Assembly (NCBI GenBank): GCA_965218435.1
Contig: CBDCKW010000009.1
Span: 1,088,001 to 1,152,000 of the forward strand
DNA length: 64,000 bases
DNA from: Truepera sp.
Lineage (GTDB): Bacteria > Deinococcota > Deinococci > Deinococcales > Trueperaceae
Direction of reading: 5' to 3'
The translations under genes were made by a program, and so were the position numbers. The notes beneath the pieces were generated by a model. The model saw nothing but the letters and a program-made list of their open reading frames with translations, had not been told where the DNA came from and ran no database searches. This document shows positions 1-10,913 of the stretch, piece by piece (position 1 is the first letter of the stretch; the number at the start of each line of letters is the position of its first letter).

Positions 1-244
1 GCCCGCGTGTGACCTGTACACCTTCGTTGACGAAAGCGTCGGCTAAACCGAGGACGGCAAGCCGCTCCAAAGACGGGGGATGGACGCCGATGGCCCTCGA
101 GTGCAGGGCGGGTGTAGGGCGACGCTCGAGCACCCGTACGCTTACGCCGAGCTGCGCCAACCGGCAGCCCAAAAAGAGGCCGACCGCGCCGCCACCCACG
201 ACGATGACCTCAGCGTCAAACCCCGGTTTAGACATCCGGGGCAT
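1..244 (-). CDS. FAD-dependent monooxygenase, N-terminal part (runs off window)
   Basis: Manual translation MPRMSKPGFDAEVIVVGGGAVGLFLGCRLAQLGVSVRVLERR...HSRAIG shows a GxGxxG Rossmann motif. Start could be 235. Confidence 0.85.
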   Translation of the reverse strand, partial: MPRMSKPGFDAEVIVVGGGAVGLFLGCRLAQLGVSVRVLERRPTPALHSRAIGVHPPSLERLAVLGLADAFVNEGVQVTRG

Positions 245-932
245 CTAGGCCGTAACTCAGCAGCAGCCGGTAGGGGTAAGGGCTCGAGATATGCCAGCCG
301 GGAGGTGTGATAGCGCGAAGTTCGTCGGATGTGTACGAGCGCAGCACCGAGGTGAGGCCGTCCGGGGTGATGTACGAACCGCGAAAAAACGGACTGGTGA
401 GAGCAGCAAATCCGGCGTAGGCAACGTCGGCGCGGGCGATGTCGTTATGCAATACCACGCGGCCAAGGGCGGCGCTATCGTCGCACAACGCTTTAACCTC
501 TTCGTTGGACAGGTGATGCAGCAGGTGGTTGGAGACGACGACGTCGAAGGTATCGCCACGCGCCCGTACTGTGCTCGTGTCGGTCTGTTCAAACGAAAGT
601 CTTAGCTGAGGCGGCAGATTGTGAGCAAACGCCGCCGCGCGGGGGTCAGGGTCAATCGCCTTGATGGAAAGCTCCAATCCATCGCGCTCAGCCCAAGCGA
701 GAAGTCGGCGCGGAATATCACCGCCGCCGAAGCCTACGTCTAACAGATAGTTTGTCCGTCCCTGCACCAAGTGTGGTCGCAAGTGCTGCCGGTAGAGCGT
801 CCACCACCCTGAAAAGATTCGGTTGACTATAGCGAAATGGGCGTAGGTCGCCTCGAGCTTACTCAGATTGCACGCCGGGTCGTCCATCTGTTCGCGCAGC
901 TCTGGCCTTCTGTGGCGCAAAATGAGCGGCAT
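228..932 (-). CDS. Class I SAM-dependent methyltransferase (type III PKS-associated)
   Basis: LLDVGFGGGD motif I, FDVVVSNHLLHHL; coupled to the PKS stop codon. Confidence 0.85.
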   Translation of the reverse strand: MPLILRHRRPELREQMDDPACNLSKLEATYAHFAIVNRIFSGWWTLYRQHLRPHLVQGRTNYLLDVGFGGGDIPRRLLAWAERDGLELSIKAIDPDPRAAAFAHNLPPQLRLSFEQTDTSTVRARGDTFDVVVSNHLLHHLSNEEVKALCDDSAALGRVVLHNDIARADVAYAGFAALTSPFFRGSYITPDGLTSVLRSYTSDELRAITPPGWHISSPYPYRLLLSYGLDAPDV

Positions 933-2026
933 CAGCAGCGTGTTAAGAGCCCGCTTTCAACCGTCAGACCGGGGCCGAAGGCGACGGCGCAGACCCGTTC
1001 ACCCCTTGCCGAGTTCGCCAAAATCTCTTGCAAGACGAATAAAACTGTCGCGCTGCTCATGTTGCCGTAGTCGCGGAGAACGGTGCGAGAGGGTTCCAAC
1101 GCGTCATCTGCCAGCCCCAAACTCTTTTCGACCTTATCCAAAATCGCTCGCCCGCCGGGGTGAATGCCCCACCGCTCGATATCGGGGACGCCTAAACCGA
1201 ACTGTTCAAACAAGGGAGCCAACGCCGCGCCGATATTCGCCTCTAAAATCTCGGGCACATAGCTCGATAAGACAATATCGAAGCCTTCGTCGCCGACCGA
1301 CCACGCCATATCGCCCTCACCTTCGGCGGTCAGGGTGGTCGCTAGGGCGCTCAGCTCAAAAGCCGGAGCTTGAGGTTGACGCGCACTGACTAGAGCCGCG
1401 CCCGCACCGTCGGCAAACACCGAACTCGCCAGCAAGCGGTCTACGTCGCCGCCGAGTTGCAGGTGCAAGGTGCAGAGCTCTAAACACACCACCAGCACCA
1501 CCGCGCTTGGGTCGGCTTGGCAAAACGCCCGCGCCATCTTAAGTGCCGGAAACGCCGCGTAGCAGCCCATAAAGCCGACGTGAAACCGCTGCACACCGGG
1601 GTTTAAGCAGAGGTCGCGGACCAAAAAGTAATCCGGCCCCGGCGCACAAAACCCGGTGCATGAGACCGTGACGACGTGCGTGACGTCATCTGTACTAAAG
1701 CTCGAGCCCACGAAGACCTTTTCCGCCACTTCCTTAAACAGGGGCCGCGCCGCCTCGGTATAGAGGTCGTTGCGAACTTTGGTCGAAGGGGAGGTGTACG
1801 TACCGTGTTCGTCTAAAAAGAGACCGTCGGGCTGCGCGTTGTCGGGAGCAAAGTCCGGGACGACGCTGTAGCGCGTTTCAATGCCCGATTGACTATAAAG
1901 ACGGTGAACGAGGCGCTGGGCGAGGCGGTCAGAAAGCTGCGCCTTGAGGGTGTCCCGAGCATAGGTCTGAGGGATCTTATGCTGCGGCACGGCGGTCGCC
2001 AGCTGATGGATAAAGACGGGGGTCAT
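932..2026 (-). CDS. Type III polyketide synthase (chalcone synthase-like)
   Basis: Catalytic triad motifs GFMGCYAA, IHPGG, GNMSS; C-terminal FGPGLT. Confidence 0.95.
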   Translation of the reverse strand: MTPVFIHQLATAVPQHKIPQTYARDTLKAQLSDRLAQRLVHRLYSQSGIETRYSVVPDFAPDNAQPDGLFLDEHGTYTSPSTKVRNDLYTEAARPLFKEVAEKVFVGSSFSTDDVTHVVTVSCTGFCAPGPDYFLVRDLCLNPGVQRFHVGFMGCYAAFPALKMARAFCQADPSAVVLVVCLELCTLHLQLGGDVDRLLASSVFADGAGAALVSARQPQAPAFELSALATTLTAEGEGDMAWSVGDEGFDIVLSSYVPEILEANIGAALAPLFEQFGLGVPDIERWGIHPGGRAILDKVEKSLGLADDALEPSRTVLRDYGNMSSATVLFVLQEILANSARGERVCAVAFGPGLTVESGLLTRC

Positions 2027-2163
2027 CCTTTACTTTACGCGGTTCTTGGCTGTGTCCTATGAGCTTAGAAGACGCGGTACCGCTAATCAGGTACGTTTTA
2101 AGGGGGTGCGGCGCTGGAGGGCTCGAGCTAAGCTTAATCCTAAGCTCAGCTGAGGGAGGCGTA

Positions 2164-3534
2164 ATGGCGCTCAAATCTATCAACCCGGCGACCGGGGAAA
2201 CGGTTCATGAATACGACACGGTTTCGGATGACGAAGCCAAAAATATCGTTGACGCGGCGTACGAGGCGTTTTTAGGGTGGCGTGAGACAAGCTTTGAGAC
2301 TCGGGGAGCGGCGCTTAAAAAGGCGGCGTCGCTGTTAAGAGCTGAAAAAGAAACACTGGGCCGTTTGATGACCGCAGAGATGGGGAAGCCGCTCAAACAA
2401 GCCGTCGCTGAAATTGAAAAATGTGCGCTTGGCTGCGACTACTACGCCGAACACGGGGCGCGGCTTTTAGAGTCCCAGATCATCGAAACCGACGCCCGTA
2501 AAAGCTACGTCTCGTACCGGCCACTCGGGGTCGTGCTCGCTATCATGCCGTGGAACTTTCCCTTCTGGCAGACCTTCCGCTTTGCTGCGCCTAACCTCAT
2601 GGCAGGTAACGCCGGAGTGCTCAAACACGCCGAAAACGTCACCGGGACGGCGCTTGCTACTGAAGACCTGCTCTTACGCGCTGGATTTCCCGAAGGACTG
2701 TTCCGGGCACTCCTGATCGAGACGCCACAAGTTGAAAAGGTTTTAGACCATCCCAACATCGTCGCGGCGACCCTGACGGGAAGTACACGGGCGGGGCGGG
2801 CCGTCGCAGCTCAAGCGGGGGCGCGGCTGAAAAAGACGGTGCTCGAGCTCGGTGGCTCTGATCCGTACCTTATCTTGGAAGACGCCGATTTGGAGCTCGC
2901 CGTAAATGCGTGCGCCACCGGCAGGTTACAAAACAGCGGTCAGAGCTGCATCGCCGCCAAACGCTTTATCGTCGTGGCGTCACGCAAACATGAGTTTGAG
3001 GAGGCGTTAAAGGCGCAGCTGCAGACCTTTAAGATGGGCGACCCGTTAGACGACGCGACCGACCTCGGCCCCCAAGCCCGCGTTGATTTGCGCGATACGC
3101 TTCACGGGCAAGTTAAAAAAAGCCTCGAGGCGGGTGCCAAGCTCCTTTTGGGCGGCGAAGTTCCGGCAGGCCCCGGTGCGTTCTACCCGCCGACGCTGCT
3201 GACCGACGTGACGCCGGGAATGCCTGCGTTTGACGAAGAGACCTTTGGGCCGGTGGCTGCTGTGACTGAAGCCAAAGATGAAGACGACGCCATTAGGCTC
3301 GCCAACGAAACCTCCTACGGCCTCGGCGCAGCGGTTTTTACCCGGGATTTAGCAAAGGGTGAACGGATTGCCAATGAGCGGCTCGAGGCCGGAAACTGTT
3401 TTGTCAATGCGTTTGTCAAGTCCGACTCACGGCTCCCGTTTGGTGGCGTCAAACATTCAGGCTATGGGCGAGAGCTTTCCGAACTGGGGATTAAAGAGTT
3501 TGTCAACGTGAAGACGGTCTATATCGCTGAATAG
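2164..3534 (+). CDS. NAD(P)-dependent succinate-semialdehyde dehydrogenase-like aldehyde dehydrogenase
   Basis: PWNFP, LELGGSDP, GQSCIA, EETFGP motifs; GGAGG RBS before ATG 2164. Confidence 0.9.
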   Translation: MALKSINPATGETVHEYDTVSDDEAKNIVDAAYEAFLGWRETSFETRGAALKKAASLLRAEKETLGRLMTAEMGKPLKQAVAEIEKCALGCDYYAEHGARLLESQIIETDARKSYVSYRPLGVVLAIMPWNFPFWQTFRFAAPNLMAGNAGVLKHAENVTGTALATEDLLLRAGFPEGLFRALLIETPQVEKVLDHPNIVAATLTGSTRAGRAVAAQAGARLKKTVLELGGSDPYLILEDADLELAVNACATGRLQNSGQSCIAAKRFIVVASRKHEFEEALKAQLQTFKMGDPLDDATDLGPQARVDLRDTLHGQVKKSLEAGAKLLLGGEVPAGPGAFYPPTLLTDVTPGMPAFDEETFGPVAAVTEAKDEDDAIRLANETSYGLGAAVFTRDLAKGERIANERLEAGNCFVNAFVKSDSRLPFGGVKHSGYGRELSELGIKEFVNVKTVYIAE

Positions 3535-3603
3535 GGACTTATGTGGCTGTTTGGTAAATGCCGAGCAGCCATAAAAAATGCGCCCTCTCAGGCGCTGATA
3601 AAA

Positions 3604-3635
3604 ATGAGTATATACTCATATGCACTATCTGTCAA
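3604..3635 (-). promoter_or_regulatory. Consensus sigma70-type promoter (TTGACA-N17-TATACT) overlapped by a perfect 16-bp palindrome ATGAGTATATACTCAT
   Basis: -35 at 3635-3630 and -10 at 3612-3607 on the minus strand; palindrome at 3604-3619. Confidence 0.65.
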
Positions 3636-3943
3636 GATTATGCACTGTTGACCGGACAAAAGTCTGTATAACGCTGCCTGGGCTTCGCAAAAAACCTCCT
3701 TTAGCAAGGGGAAAAGGTCTATTTACGGAGATTCACGTGTAAACACCGTGCTAAACGCAGCTAATTGAGTTTTGTCCGGGTTTCAGGATGCGCCCGAAGG
3801 TTTGCTGGGAACTCGCTCGAGGTCCTTTCAGGCCGTCTAAAGCCAAGCGGTAGACGGCAAAGGGCAGAACGCAGCGGCGCTTTTTTATCCAGATTGAGGT
3901 GCGCCTTCCAGCGTCTAGCTGGGCTCGAGCCCATACTGGGGTC

Positions 3944-4582
3944 ATGACCGACCTTCCCGAAGACGCCTTTCGCCGCGCCGACGAAACGCCCGACGAGCTT
4001 TTTTATCAGCAGCCCCGGTTTGTCACCCATATAGACGACGCGGCCATCGCCGCCGTGACGCAGCTTTACCGTGACTATCTACCGGCTGGCGGCGCAATCT
4101 TAGACCTGATGAGTTCGTGGATCAGTCATCTGCCGCCCGCGGTCAGCTATAGCCGGGTTGTCGGGCTCGGGCTTAACCGAGCAGAGCTCGAGAGAAACAA
4201 CCGGCTCACCTCGTTTGTCGTGCAAAACCTCAATACCAACCCAACGCTGCCTTTTGCCGACAATGAGTTTGACGGGGCCGGGATCACGGTTTCGATTGAC
4301 TACCTGACCGATCCGGTGACCGTGCTCCGCGACCTCGGGCGGGTGCTGAGGCCGGGTGCGCCGGTAGTGATCAGCTTTTCCAACCGCTGTTTTCCGAGCA
4401 AAGCGGTGGCGCTCTGGCACCGTTTAGATGACCAGGGACACTTGGAACTGGTCGCCCGCTACTTACAAGACGCAGGGAACTGGACCGAGACCGAACAGCT
4501 TGACCGTAGCCCTACCGGACTTAAGAGAAGGCTGGGTTTCGGCGGCGACCCGCTCTACGCGGTGGTGGCGCGGGCACGCTGA
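3944..4582 (+). CDS. SAM-dependent methyltransferase (type 11-like)
   Basis: FYQQPRFVTHID, LDLMSSWISHLP, FSNRCFP motifs. Confidence 0.85.
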   Translation: MTDLPEDAFRRADETPDELFYQQPRFVTHIDDAAIAAVTQLYRDYLPAGGAILDLMSSWISHLPPAVSYSRVVGLGLNRAELERNNRLTSFVVQNLNTNPTLPFADNEFDGAGITVSIDYLTDPVTVLRDLGRVLRPGAPVVISFSNRCFPSKAVALWHRLDDQGHLELVARYLQDAGNWTETEQLDRSPTGLKRRLGFGGDPLYAVVARAR

Positions 4583-4594
4583 AATGACCTGAAC

Positions 4595-6193
4595 TTATTC
4601 GCCGGTATAGATCACGCCGACTTCTGAATTACTCGAGTTCAGGCTTTGAGGTACGAACTGTGGCACGACTGGCAATGCACGTTTTTCGGGCGGCGCGTCG
4701 GCGACGTCGTATTTGCGCAAAAGCGGATTGTTGTACCGGTTCATCCGTGCGACCATCAGACTACGCATGTCAGATAGGGTGCCTTGGTACTTTGGGTCCG
4801 CCGCGAGATTGTTGCGTTCTTGTGGATCAGTTTTGAGGTCGTAGAGTTGTTCAGGAGCGACAAGGGGGGTGTCCCAGCCTTCTTTAACCCAAAGCTCTTT
4901 GGTATAGGTGAGGTCGGTGTTTGCGGGCCGAGGCTGGTCATAACCGTCGAGCCGCCGGATGTATTTGTACTGTATGGTTCTAACTGAGGCTTGCGGTTCA
5001 GGAACGGCGTGCGCCTCGTGTTCGGCAAAAACTGCGTCGTTAATTTCCTCGACTTCACCTCGGATGAGCGGCCTCAGCGACTTGCCCTGGAGCCACGCGG
5101 GTTTGGGCAGCTCTAAAAGGTCGCAAAGGGTCGGGAAAACATCTATCTGCGAGACGAGGGCGTTACTGACCTTGCCGCCGAAAAATCCGCCAGGGCCGCG
5201 AAACATCAGCGAAACGCCGAGGCCGCCGTCGGTGTGGTTGGCTTTCATGCCGGGGAGCGGGATACCGTGGTCGGTAGTAATCATGACGAGCGTGTTGTCA
5301 GAGAGGCCGTGCCGCTCGAGCGCCCCTAAAACTCGCCCGATAGCTTCATCGAGTTTGCTGGCTGCGACCCCAAAGTCGGCCATGTCACGCCGCGTTTCGG
5401 GAACGTCACCTAAGTTTGTAGGAATCTCTGCATTGACCAAATCGCCGTTTTCATAGCCAAAATACGATCCTGCGGGCATTTTAGGTAAGGCGTGAGTGGC
5501 AACAAAGCCGACGTCGAGAAAAAAGGGCTGCTTTGGAGAACTACCAAGATACTCAACGGCTGCATCTGCAACAGGTGCAACTGAATAGGGACTATTTATC
5601 TTAGGAAGTGTGTCGTAGCCAACAAGCTTCGCAGCCTCTTGTGGGTCGCCCCCGGCAATATGCTGAATCCCCGCGAGCGCCGTTGTGTAACCGCTCCGTT
5701 TCAGTGTTTGGATTAGAGTCTGCGAATAATCGTTGAGTTTCCAACCTCGGTGTGCCAGCCCCCACATGCCGTTACAACCAGGCGTCATACCAGTTAAAAG
5801 GGCGGCCCTCGAGGGCGAGCACGTCGGCGACGCACTAAACGCCTGCCGAAAGACCATGCCTTCGTCGGCGAACTTTTGCAAATGTGGTGTCGAGATGTGG
5901 TGGCCGTAAGGCTCGGTGTAGCGTCCGGTATCGTGTGAATGGATATAGACGATATTAGGACGCTTGGGGTCGGTGTTTTTAATAGGCGGTGAGTCAATAC
6001 GACAAGCTGACGCCAGCAGTGCTACCAGTGAAGTCTTACCGATCAGCCCCAGCGTGTCACGCCGCGATACTTCTTTTAGGGCACTCCGGTTCGTCAGCCT
6101 TCGCTTTTGTCCTGACGCCACTTTTTCACACTCCAGAATAAATTTTTGAAGGCAACTGTTAGGTGCTCTCTCGATGTAGAGAGTGTAGCTCAA
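4595..6193 (-). CDS. Sulfatase, Tat-exported lipoprotein (true start probably downstream of 6193)
   Basis: CSPSRAALLTG formylglycine motif, TTDHG, LYDLKTDP; SRRDTL twin-Arg and LASAC lipobox. Confidence 0.9.
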   Translation of the reverse strand: MSYTLYIERAPNSCLQKFILECEKVASGQKRRLTNRSALKEVSRRDTLGLIGKTSLVALLASACRIDSPPIKNTDPKRPNIVYIHSHDTGRYTEPYGHHISTPHLQKFADEGMVFRQAFSASPTCSPSRAALLTGMTPGCNGMWGLAHRGWKLNDYSQTLIQTLKRSGYTTALAGIQHIAGGDPQEAAKLVGYDTLPKINSPYSVAPVADAAVEYLGSSPKQPFFLDVGFVATHALPKMPAGSYFGYENGDLVNAEIPTNLGDVPETRRDMADFGVAASKLDEAIGRVLGALERHGLSDNTLVMITTDHGIPLPGMKANHTDGGLGVSLMFRGPGGFFGGKVSNALVSQIDVFPTLCDLLELPKPAWLQGKSLRPLIRGEVEEINDAVFAEHEAHAVPEPQASVRTIQYKYIRRLDGYDQPRPANTDLTYTKELWVKEGWDTPLVAPEQLYDLKTDPQERNNLAADPKYQGTLSDMRSLMVARMNRYNNPLLRKYDVADAPPEKRALPVVPQFVPQSLNSSNSEVGVIYTGE

Positions 6194-6396
6194 CTTACTC
6201 TCACCTGTCTACTAAAAGCCTGTGCAGAAGGGGAGAAAACGGACATTATGAGAAATTTCTGAATTAACATTCACACTTTTTGTAAATTAGACGCTTTGTA
6301 AGCCTAGATACAGTATGATGACTCCGCTGTCCCCTCATGTTCGGAGAGACCCTAAAGCTCTTTGAACGCTCAATCCAACGTGTTAAAGGGAGTGTG

Positions 6397-7946
6397 ATGC
6401 CAGCAGAAGTGTCACGCCGCAAAGTGCTAGAACTGTGTCTACGTTTGGGCGCGGGAGCGACAGTCGCTTCAGCACTCACAAGTTGTGGGTTACTGAGTTC
6501 AACGCCGAAAAAAGTCGAGACAGTCAAAAAACCACCTCTGGGACCTCGTTACCGGGGTGAACGGCCTAACGTGGTGCTGGTAGACGATTTGGCGACCGGC
6601 GTCATGGGTGAGGGGAGCCGCTACCCGTTTTTAGGGACTCCCAACGTCAGCCGGTTGCAACGCGAAGGTGCAACCTTTGACCGGGCATTCGTCTCATCGT
6701 CAATCTGTTCACCGAGCCGCGCAAGTTTACTGACCGGCGTCTACGCCCACAACAACGGGTCCGAGTCAACGATATAGAGGAGTTGCCGAGCACTATCCCG
6801 ACGTTTCCGTCACTTCTCAAAGCGGGAGGGTACGAGACCGGCTTTGTCGGTAAGTGGCATATGGACGGGACAAATTCGGAGCCACGACCAGGTTTCGACT
6901 ACTGGCTGAGTTTTGCAGGACAGGGTTTTTATACTAACAACGTCCTAAACGAAAACGGGCGCAAATTCAAAGAAGACGGTTACATCACCGATATTTTGAG
7001 CAAGTACGCTGTGGACTATATTCAGCAACCCAGAGAAAACCCGTTTTGCCTGATTGTCTCGCACAAGGCGGGGCACGTGCCATTTAAGGCGGCTCCCAGG
7101 CATCAAAACGCTTTTAAGGGTACGGTACTGCCCGAACCCGCTAACTTTCAAGACACGATGGAAGGTAAACCTGCGTGGCAGCGGCGCTACAAAAAGTGCG
7201 GCCTGGAACGCAAAAAATGGGAAGCGTGTGGTGAGGTTGCCGAACCGCTCCCGGTGGAGCCCTGGGACGCGCATAGCGAAAACCTCCTGACTCACCTGCG
7301 GACGTTGTTAGCCGTTGATGAAGGGTTGGGTGACATCTTTGAGGCACTCACCAACATGGAGCAGTTAGACAACACTGTGTTTATCTTTACCAGCGACAAC
7401 GGCTTTATGATGGGCTCGCACCGACTCAAAGACAAACGCGTGATGTACGAAGAATCAATGCGTATTCCGCTCGTTATTAGGTATCCCGAAGGGCTCAGCG
7501 CGGGCCGCCGCAGTCAGCGGCTGGTCTCAATGCTCGACCTTGCCCCCACGCTTCTGGAGTTGGGTCAGCAGCGCGTCCCCGCGACGATGATGGGCGCGTC
7601 ACTCGTGCCGCTCTTTGGGGATGAAAACGTGCCGTGGCGTGACCGGCTCTTATACGAATACTTTCAAGAAGGTCCCGGCCCAGCGGTGCCGACGATGTTG
7701 GGTGTCCGTACTGAGCGGTATAAGTACGTCCACTATCCCGACCTGCCTGACGATATTGACGAGCTTTACGACTTAGAAACTGACCCCCTAGAGCTGCGCA
7801 ATCTGATTGCCGACCCCGCCCACGCCGTCATGCTCGGTGAACTGCAGAGTTCTTTAGCGCAGTAGCTTGCCGACACCGGGTACACGCCGCAGCTGGCGAC
7901 GCCGGGGGTAACGCCTGAACCGTCCGTTGCCCAAACGACCTCGTAA
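6397..7946 (+). pseudogene. Sulfatase pseudogene, paralog of 8031-9551
   Basis: CSPSR motif; 1-nt frameshift near 6759, premature TAG at 7863-7865, 2-codon deletion in PNVVLVDD relative to the paralog. Confidence 0.85.
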
Positions 7947-8030
7947 GGCTGCTGCTCAACCTCGTAGGCGACGGTCTGTCTCAGTATGAGTAGGGTAATG
8001 GTCGGCTGTTTTTGCGGTACGCTGTAGCGT

Positions 8031-9551
8031 GTGATCTCCCGCCGAAAACTGCTCGCTTACGCCGGAGGACTGGGCGCGGCGACGCTCGGTGGTGCGTTGC
8101 TCGAGCCCTTCATCCGCGACCAGGGCTACCGCCGTCCGCAACTCGCCGCGCCACCACCCGGTCCACGCTACCGGGGGGAGCGCCCGAATATCACCTTAGT
8201 GCTTGTCGATGACCTGGCGGCGGGGGTGGTGGGCCGGAGCTCGAGCTTCCCCTTTTTAGAGACGCCGCATATAGACGCCTTAGCGCGTGAAGGCGCGTCG
8301 TTTCCCAACTCGTTTGTGCCGACTTCAGTCTGCTCACCGAGCCGCGCGAGTCTCTTAACCGGGACATACCCGCACACCCACGGCGTGCTCATCAACGATG
8401 TTAAAGACTTGGGCGCGGAGCCGCCCAACTTTCCGTCACTGCTCAAACGGGCTGGCTACGAAACCGGCTTTGTCGGCAAATGGCATATGGACAACGCCCG
8501 CTCCGACCCGCGTTTGGATTTTGACACCTGGCTCAGTTTTGCGGGGCAGGGTGTGTACGACAACCCGGTTTTGAACGAAAACGGGCGGGAGTATCGAGCG
8601 CACGGTTACGTCACCGACTTGCTAAGTAGCTACGCGGCAGGGTGGGTGCAGCGTCCGCGTGAGCGGCCCTTTTGCCTGATGCTGTCGCATAAGGCCATGC
8701 ACGTGCCGTTCGAGGCGGCGGCGCGGCACCGGTTTGCCTTTGCCGGGGCGCGGCTCCCGGAACCGGCCAACTTTAACGAAACCTTTGAGGGTAAACCCGC
8801 GTGGCAGCGCCGTTACAAGCTCTGCGGGTTGGGGCCGGACACGTGGGACGCGTGCAACCCTGATGATATTCCGGCATCACTACCGCTCGAGCCTTGGAAC
8901 CCACAAGATCACGAGCTTTTGACCTATTTGCGTACCTTACTCGCCGTAGATGACGGCGTAGGGCTCGTGCGGGCGGCGCTCGAAAGCGTCGGGCAGCTCG
9001 AGAACACCTTAATTATTTTCACCAGCGATAACGGGTTTTTGCTCGGTGCGCACCGGCTTTTCGACAAACGGGTGATGTATGAAGAGTCGCTCCGCGTGCC
9101 GCTTTTGCTGCGGTATCCGAAACGGATTACGGCGGGGTCGAAACCTAAGGGGATGGTCTCGAGCCTAGACCTCGCCCCGACGGTGTTAGAGCTGGCCGGG
9201 GTTGCGGTGCCGGAGACAGTGCAAGGCAGATCGCTCTGGCCGCTTTTAGAAGACGAGCAGGTAGCTTGGCGCGATACTCTCTTATATGAATACTTTCAGG
9301 AGTACGGCCCCGGCGTGCCGACGATTTTAGGCGTCCGCACTGAACGCTACAAGTACGTCACCTACCCGGATTTGCCTGAAGATATCGGCGAACTTTACGA
9401 CCTTAAAAAAGACCCCGGTGAGCTGCGCAATCTCATCGGCAAGCCGCAGTACGCAGACATCGTGCAGCTGATGCAGGGGCGGCTCGAGCACCAGCTCACT
9501 CAGACCGGTTATAGCCCCATAAAATATGAGCGGCCGACCACGGCACATTAA
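8031..9551 (+). CDS. Sulfatase (N-acetylglucosamine-6-sulfatase-like), Tat signal
   Basis: SRRKLL twin-Arg, CSPSRASLLTG, GKWH, TSDNG motifs. Confidence 0.92.
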   Translation: MISRRKLLAYAGGLGAATLGGALLEPFIRDQGYRRPQLAAPPPGPRYRGERPNITLVLVDDLAAGVVGRSSSFPFLETPHIDALAREGASFPNSFVPTSVCSPSRASLLTGTYPHTHGVLINDVKDLGAEPPNFPSLLKRAGYETGFVGKWHMDNARSDPRLDFDTWLSFAGQGVYDNPVLNENGREYRAHGYVTDLLSSYAAGWVQRPRERPFCLMLSHKAMHVPFEAAARHRFAFAGARLPEPANFNETFEGKPAWQRRYKLCGLGPDTWDACNPDDIPASLPLEPWNPQDHELLTYLRTLLAVDDGVGLVRAALESVGQLENTLIIFTSDNGFLLGAHRLFDKRVMYEESLRVPLLLRYPKRITAGSKPKGMVSSLDLAPTVLELAGVAVPETVQGRSLWPLLEDEQVAWRDTLLYEYFQEYGPGVPTILGVRTERYKYVTYPDLPEDIGELYDLKKDPGELRNLIGKPQYADIVQLMQGRLEHQLTQTGYSPIKYERPTTAH

Positions 9552-9635
9552 ACTTGGCAAGTAAGTCAGCAGGTAAGTCAGACCATTTTTGTATCTTTAT
9601 ACTCGCGGATGCTACCTTATCGTTATGAGGTTCAT

Positions 9636-10787
9636 ATGTCGCTGCTAAATAAACCCCCTGCCGCACTCGCGTTAGAGGACGGCACCATCTACTACGGCTA
9701 CGCCTTTGGCTACCACGGCGAAACGGTCGGTGAGATTGTCTTTAACACCTCGATGACCGGCTACCAAGAAATCCTGACCGACCCCTCGTATTTCGGGCAG
9801 ATCGTCACCATGACGTACCCACACATCGGCAATTACGGCGTGTCGGTCTACGATATGGAGTCGAACCGGCCGTTTGCACGCGGCTTTATCGTCCGCGAGT
9901 TTTCACGTACCGCGTCGAACTACCGCGCTAATCAAGACCTCCAGAGCTTTATGGAAGAGCATCAGATTGTCGGCATCGAAGGGATTGATACGCGGGCTCT
10001 GACTCGGCGGCTCCGGCAAGGAGGCGTCGTCAAAGGTGTGATTCGGCACGGTGAACTGAGTAAGGCGGGCGGCGAGGCGCTCGTCGAACAGGCAAGGGCT
10101 CACGCCGACATTGACGGGCGCGACCTGACGCCCGAAGTGACGACGCCGCTGCCCTACGCGCGGCCGACGTTTAAGGACAACCCCAGGGTCGTCGTCATGG
10201 ATTTTGGCATCAAGCACTCGATTGTCTATAAGCTCGAGCAGGCCAACGCCGAGGTCATCGTCGTTCCGGCGCAAACAACGCCCGCGCAGATTATGGCGCT
10301 CAACCCTTACGGTTTAGTCATCGCCAACGGCCCTGGCGACCCGGCCGGGCCGAAATACGCGCACGATACGGTGTGGCAGATGTTGGGTCTGTTGCCGACC
10401 TACGGCATCTGTTTGGGTCATCAGCTTTTAGGCTTAGCCGTCGGCGGCACGACCTACAAGCTCAAACACGGCCATCACGGAGCCAACACGCCGGTGAAAA
10501 ACTTAGTAACCGGCGAGGTCGAAATCACCAGCCAAAACCACAACTACGCCGTAGACATCGCTTCAATTCCCAGCGGGCAGTTTCGCGCGACGCATGTGAA
10601 CTTAAATGATAGGACCTTAGAGGGGATGGCGCACACCCGTTACCCGGTGTTTAGCGTGCAGTATCACCCCGAAGCCAGCCCCGGCCCGCACGACGCGTCA
10701 TATTCGTTTCGGCGCTTTATCGAAGAGGTCAACGCGTTTGAGGGGGCAACGGCGCTACCCGCAGCGAAACAACTCGACGATTTATAG
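9636..10787 (+). CDS. carA: Carbamoyl-phosphate synthase small subunit
   Basis: [33 protein letters not shown]. Confidence 0.97.
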   Translation: MSLLNKPPAALALEDGTIYYGYAFGYHGETVGEIVFNTSMTGYQEILTDPSYFGQIVTMTYPHIGNYGVSVYDMESNRPFARGFIVREFSRTASNYRANQDLQSFMEEHQIVGIEGIDTRALTRRLRQGGVVKGVIRHGELSKAGGEALVEQARAHADIDGRDLTPEVTTPLPYARPTFKDNPRVVVMDFGIKHSIVYKLEQANAEVIVVPAQTTPAQIMALNPYGLVIANGPGDPAGPKYAHDTVWQMLGLLPTYGICLGHQLLGLAVGGTTYKLKHGHHGANTPVKNLVTGEVEITSQNHNYAVDIASIPSGQFRATHVNLNDRTLEGMAHTRYPVFSVQYHPEASPGPHDASYSFRRFIEEVNAFEGATALPAAKQLDDL

Positions 10788-10913
10788 CATTTCCAAAAGA
10801 GACTGTACCAAGCTTCATCTCTTAGGGGTACGTGCTGGTCGGCTAAACTCAGACAGAGCGCGTTGCTGACCAGATGATACCTGCTTCTGCTGTAAGAATA
10901 TCAGCGGAGCTTT

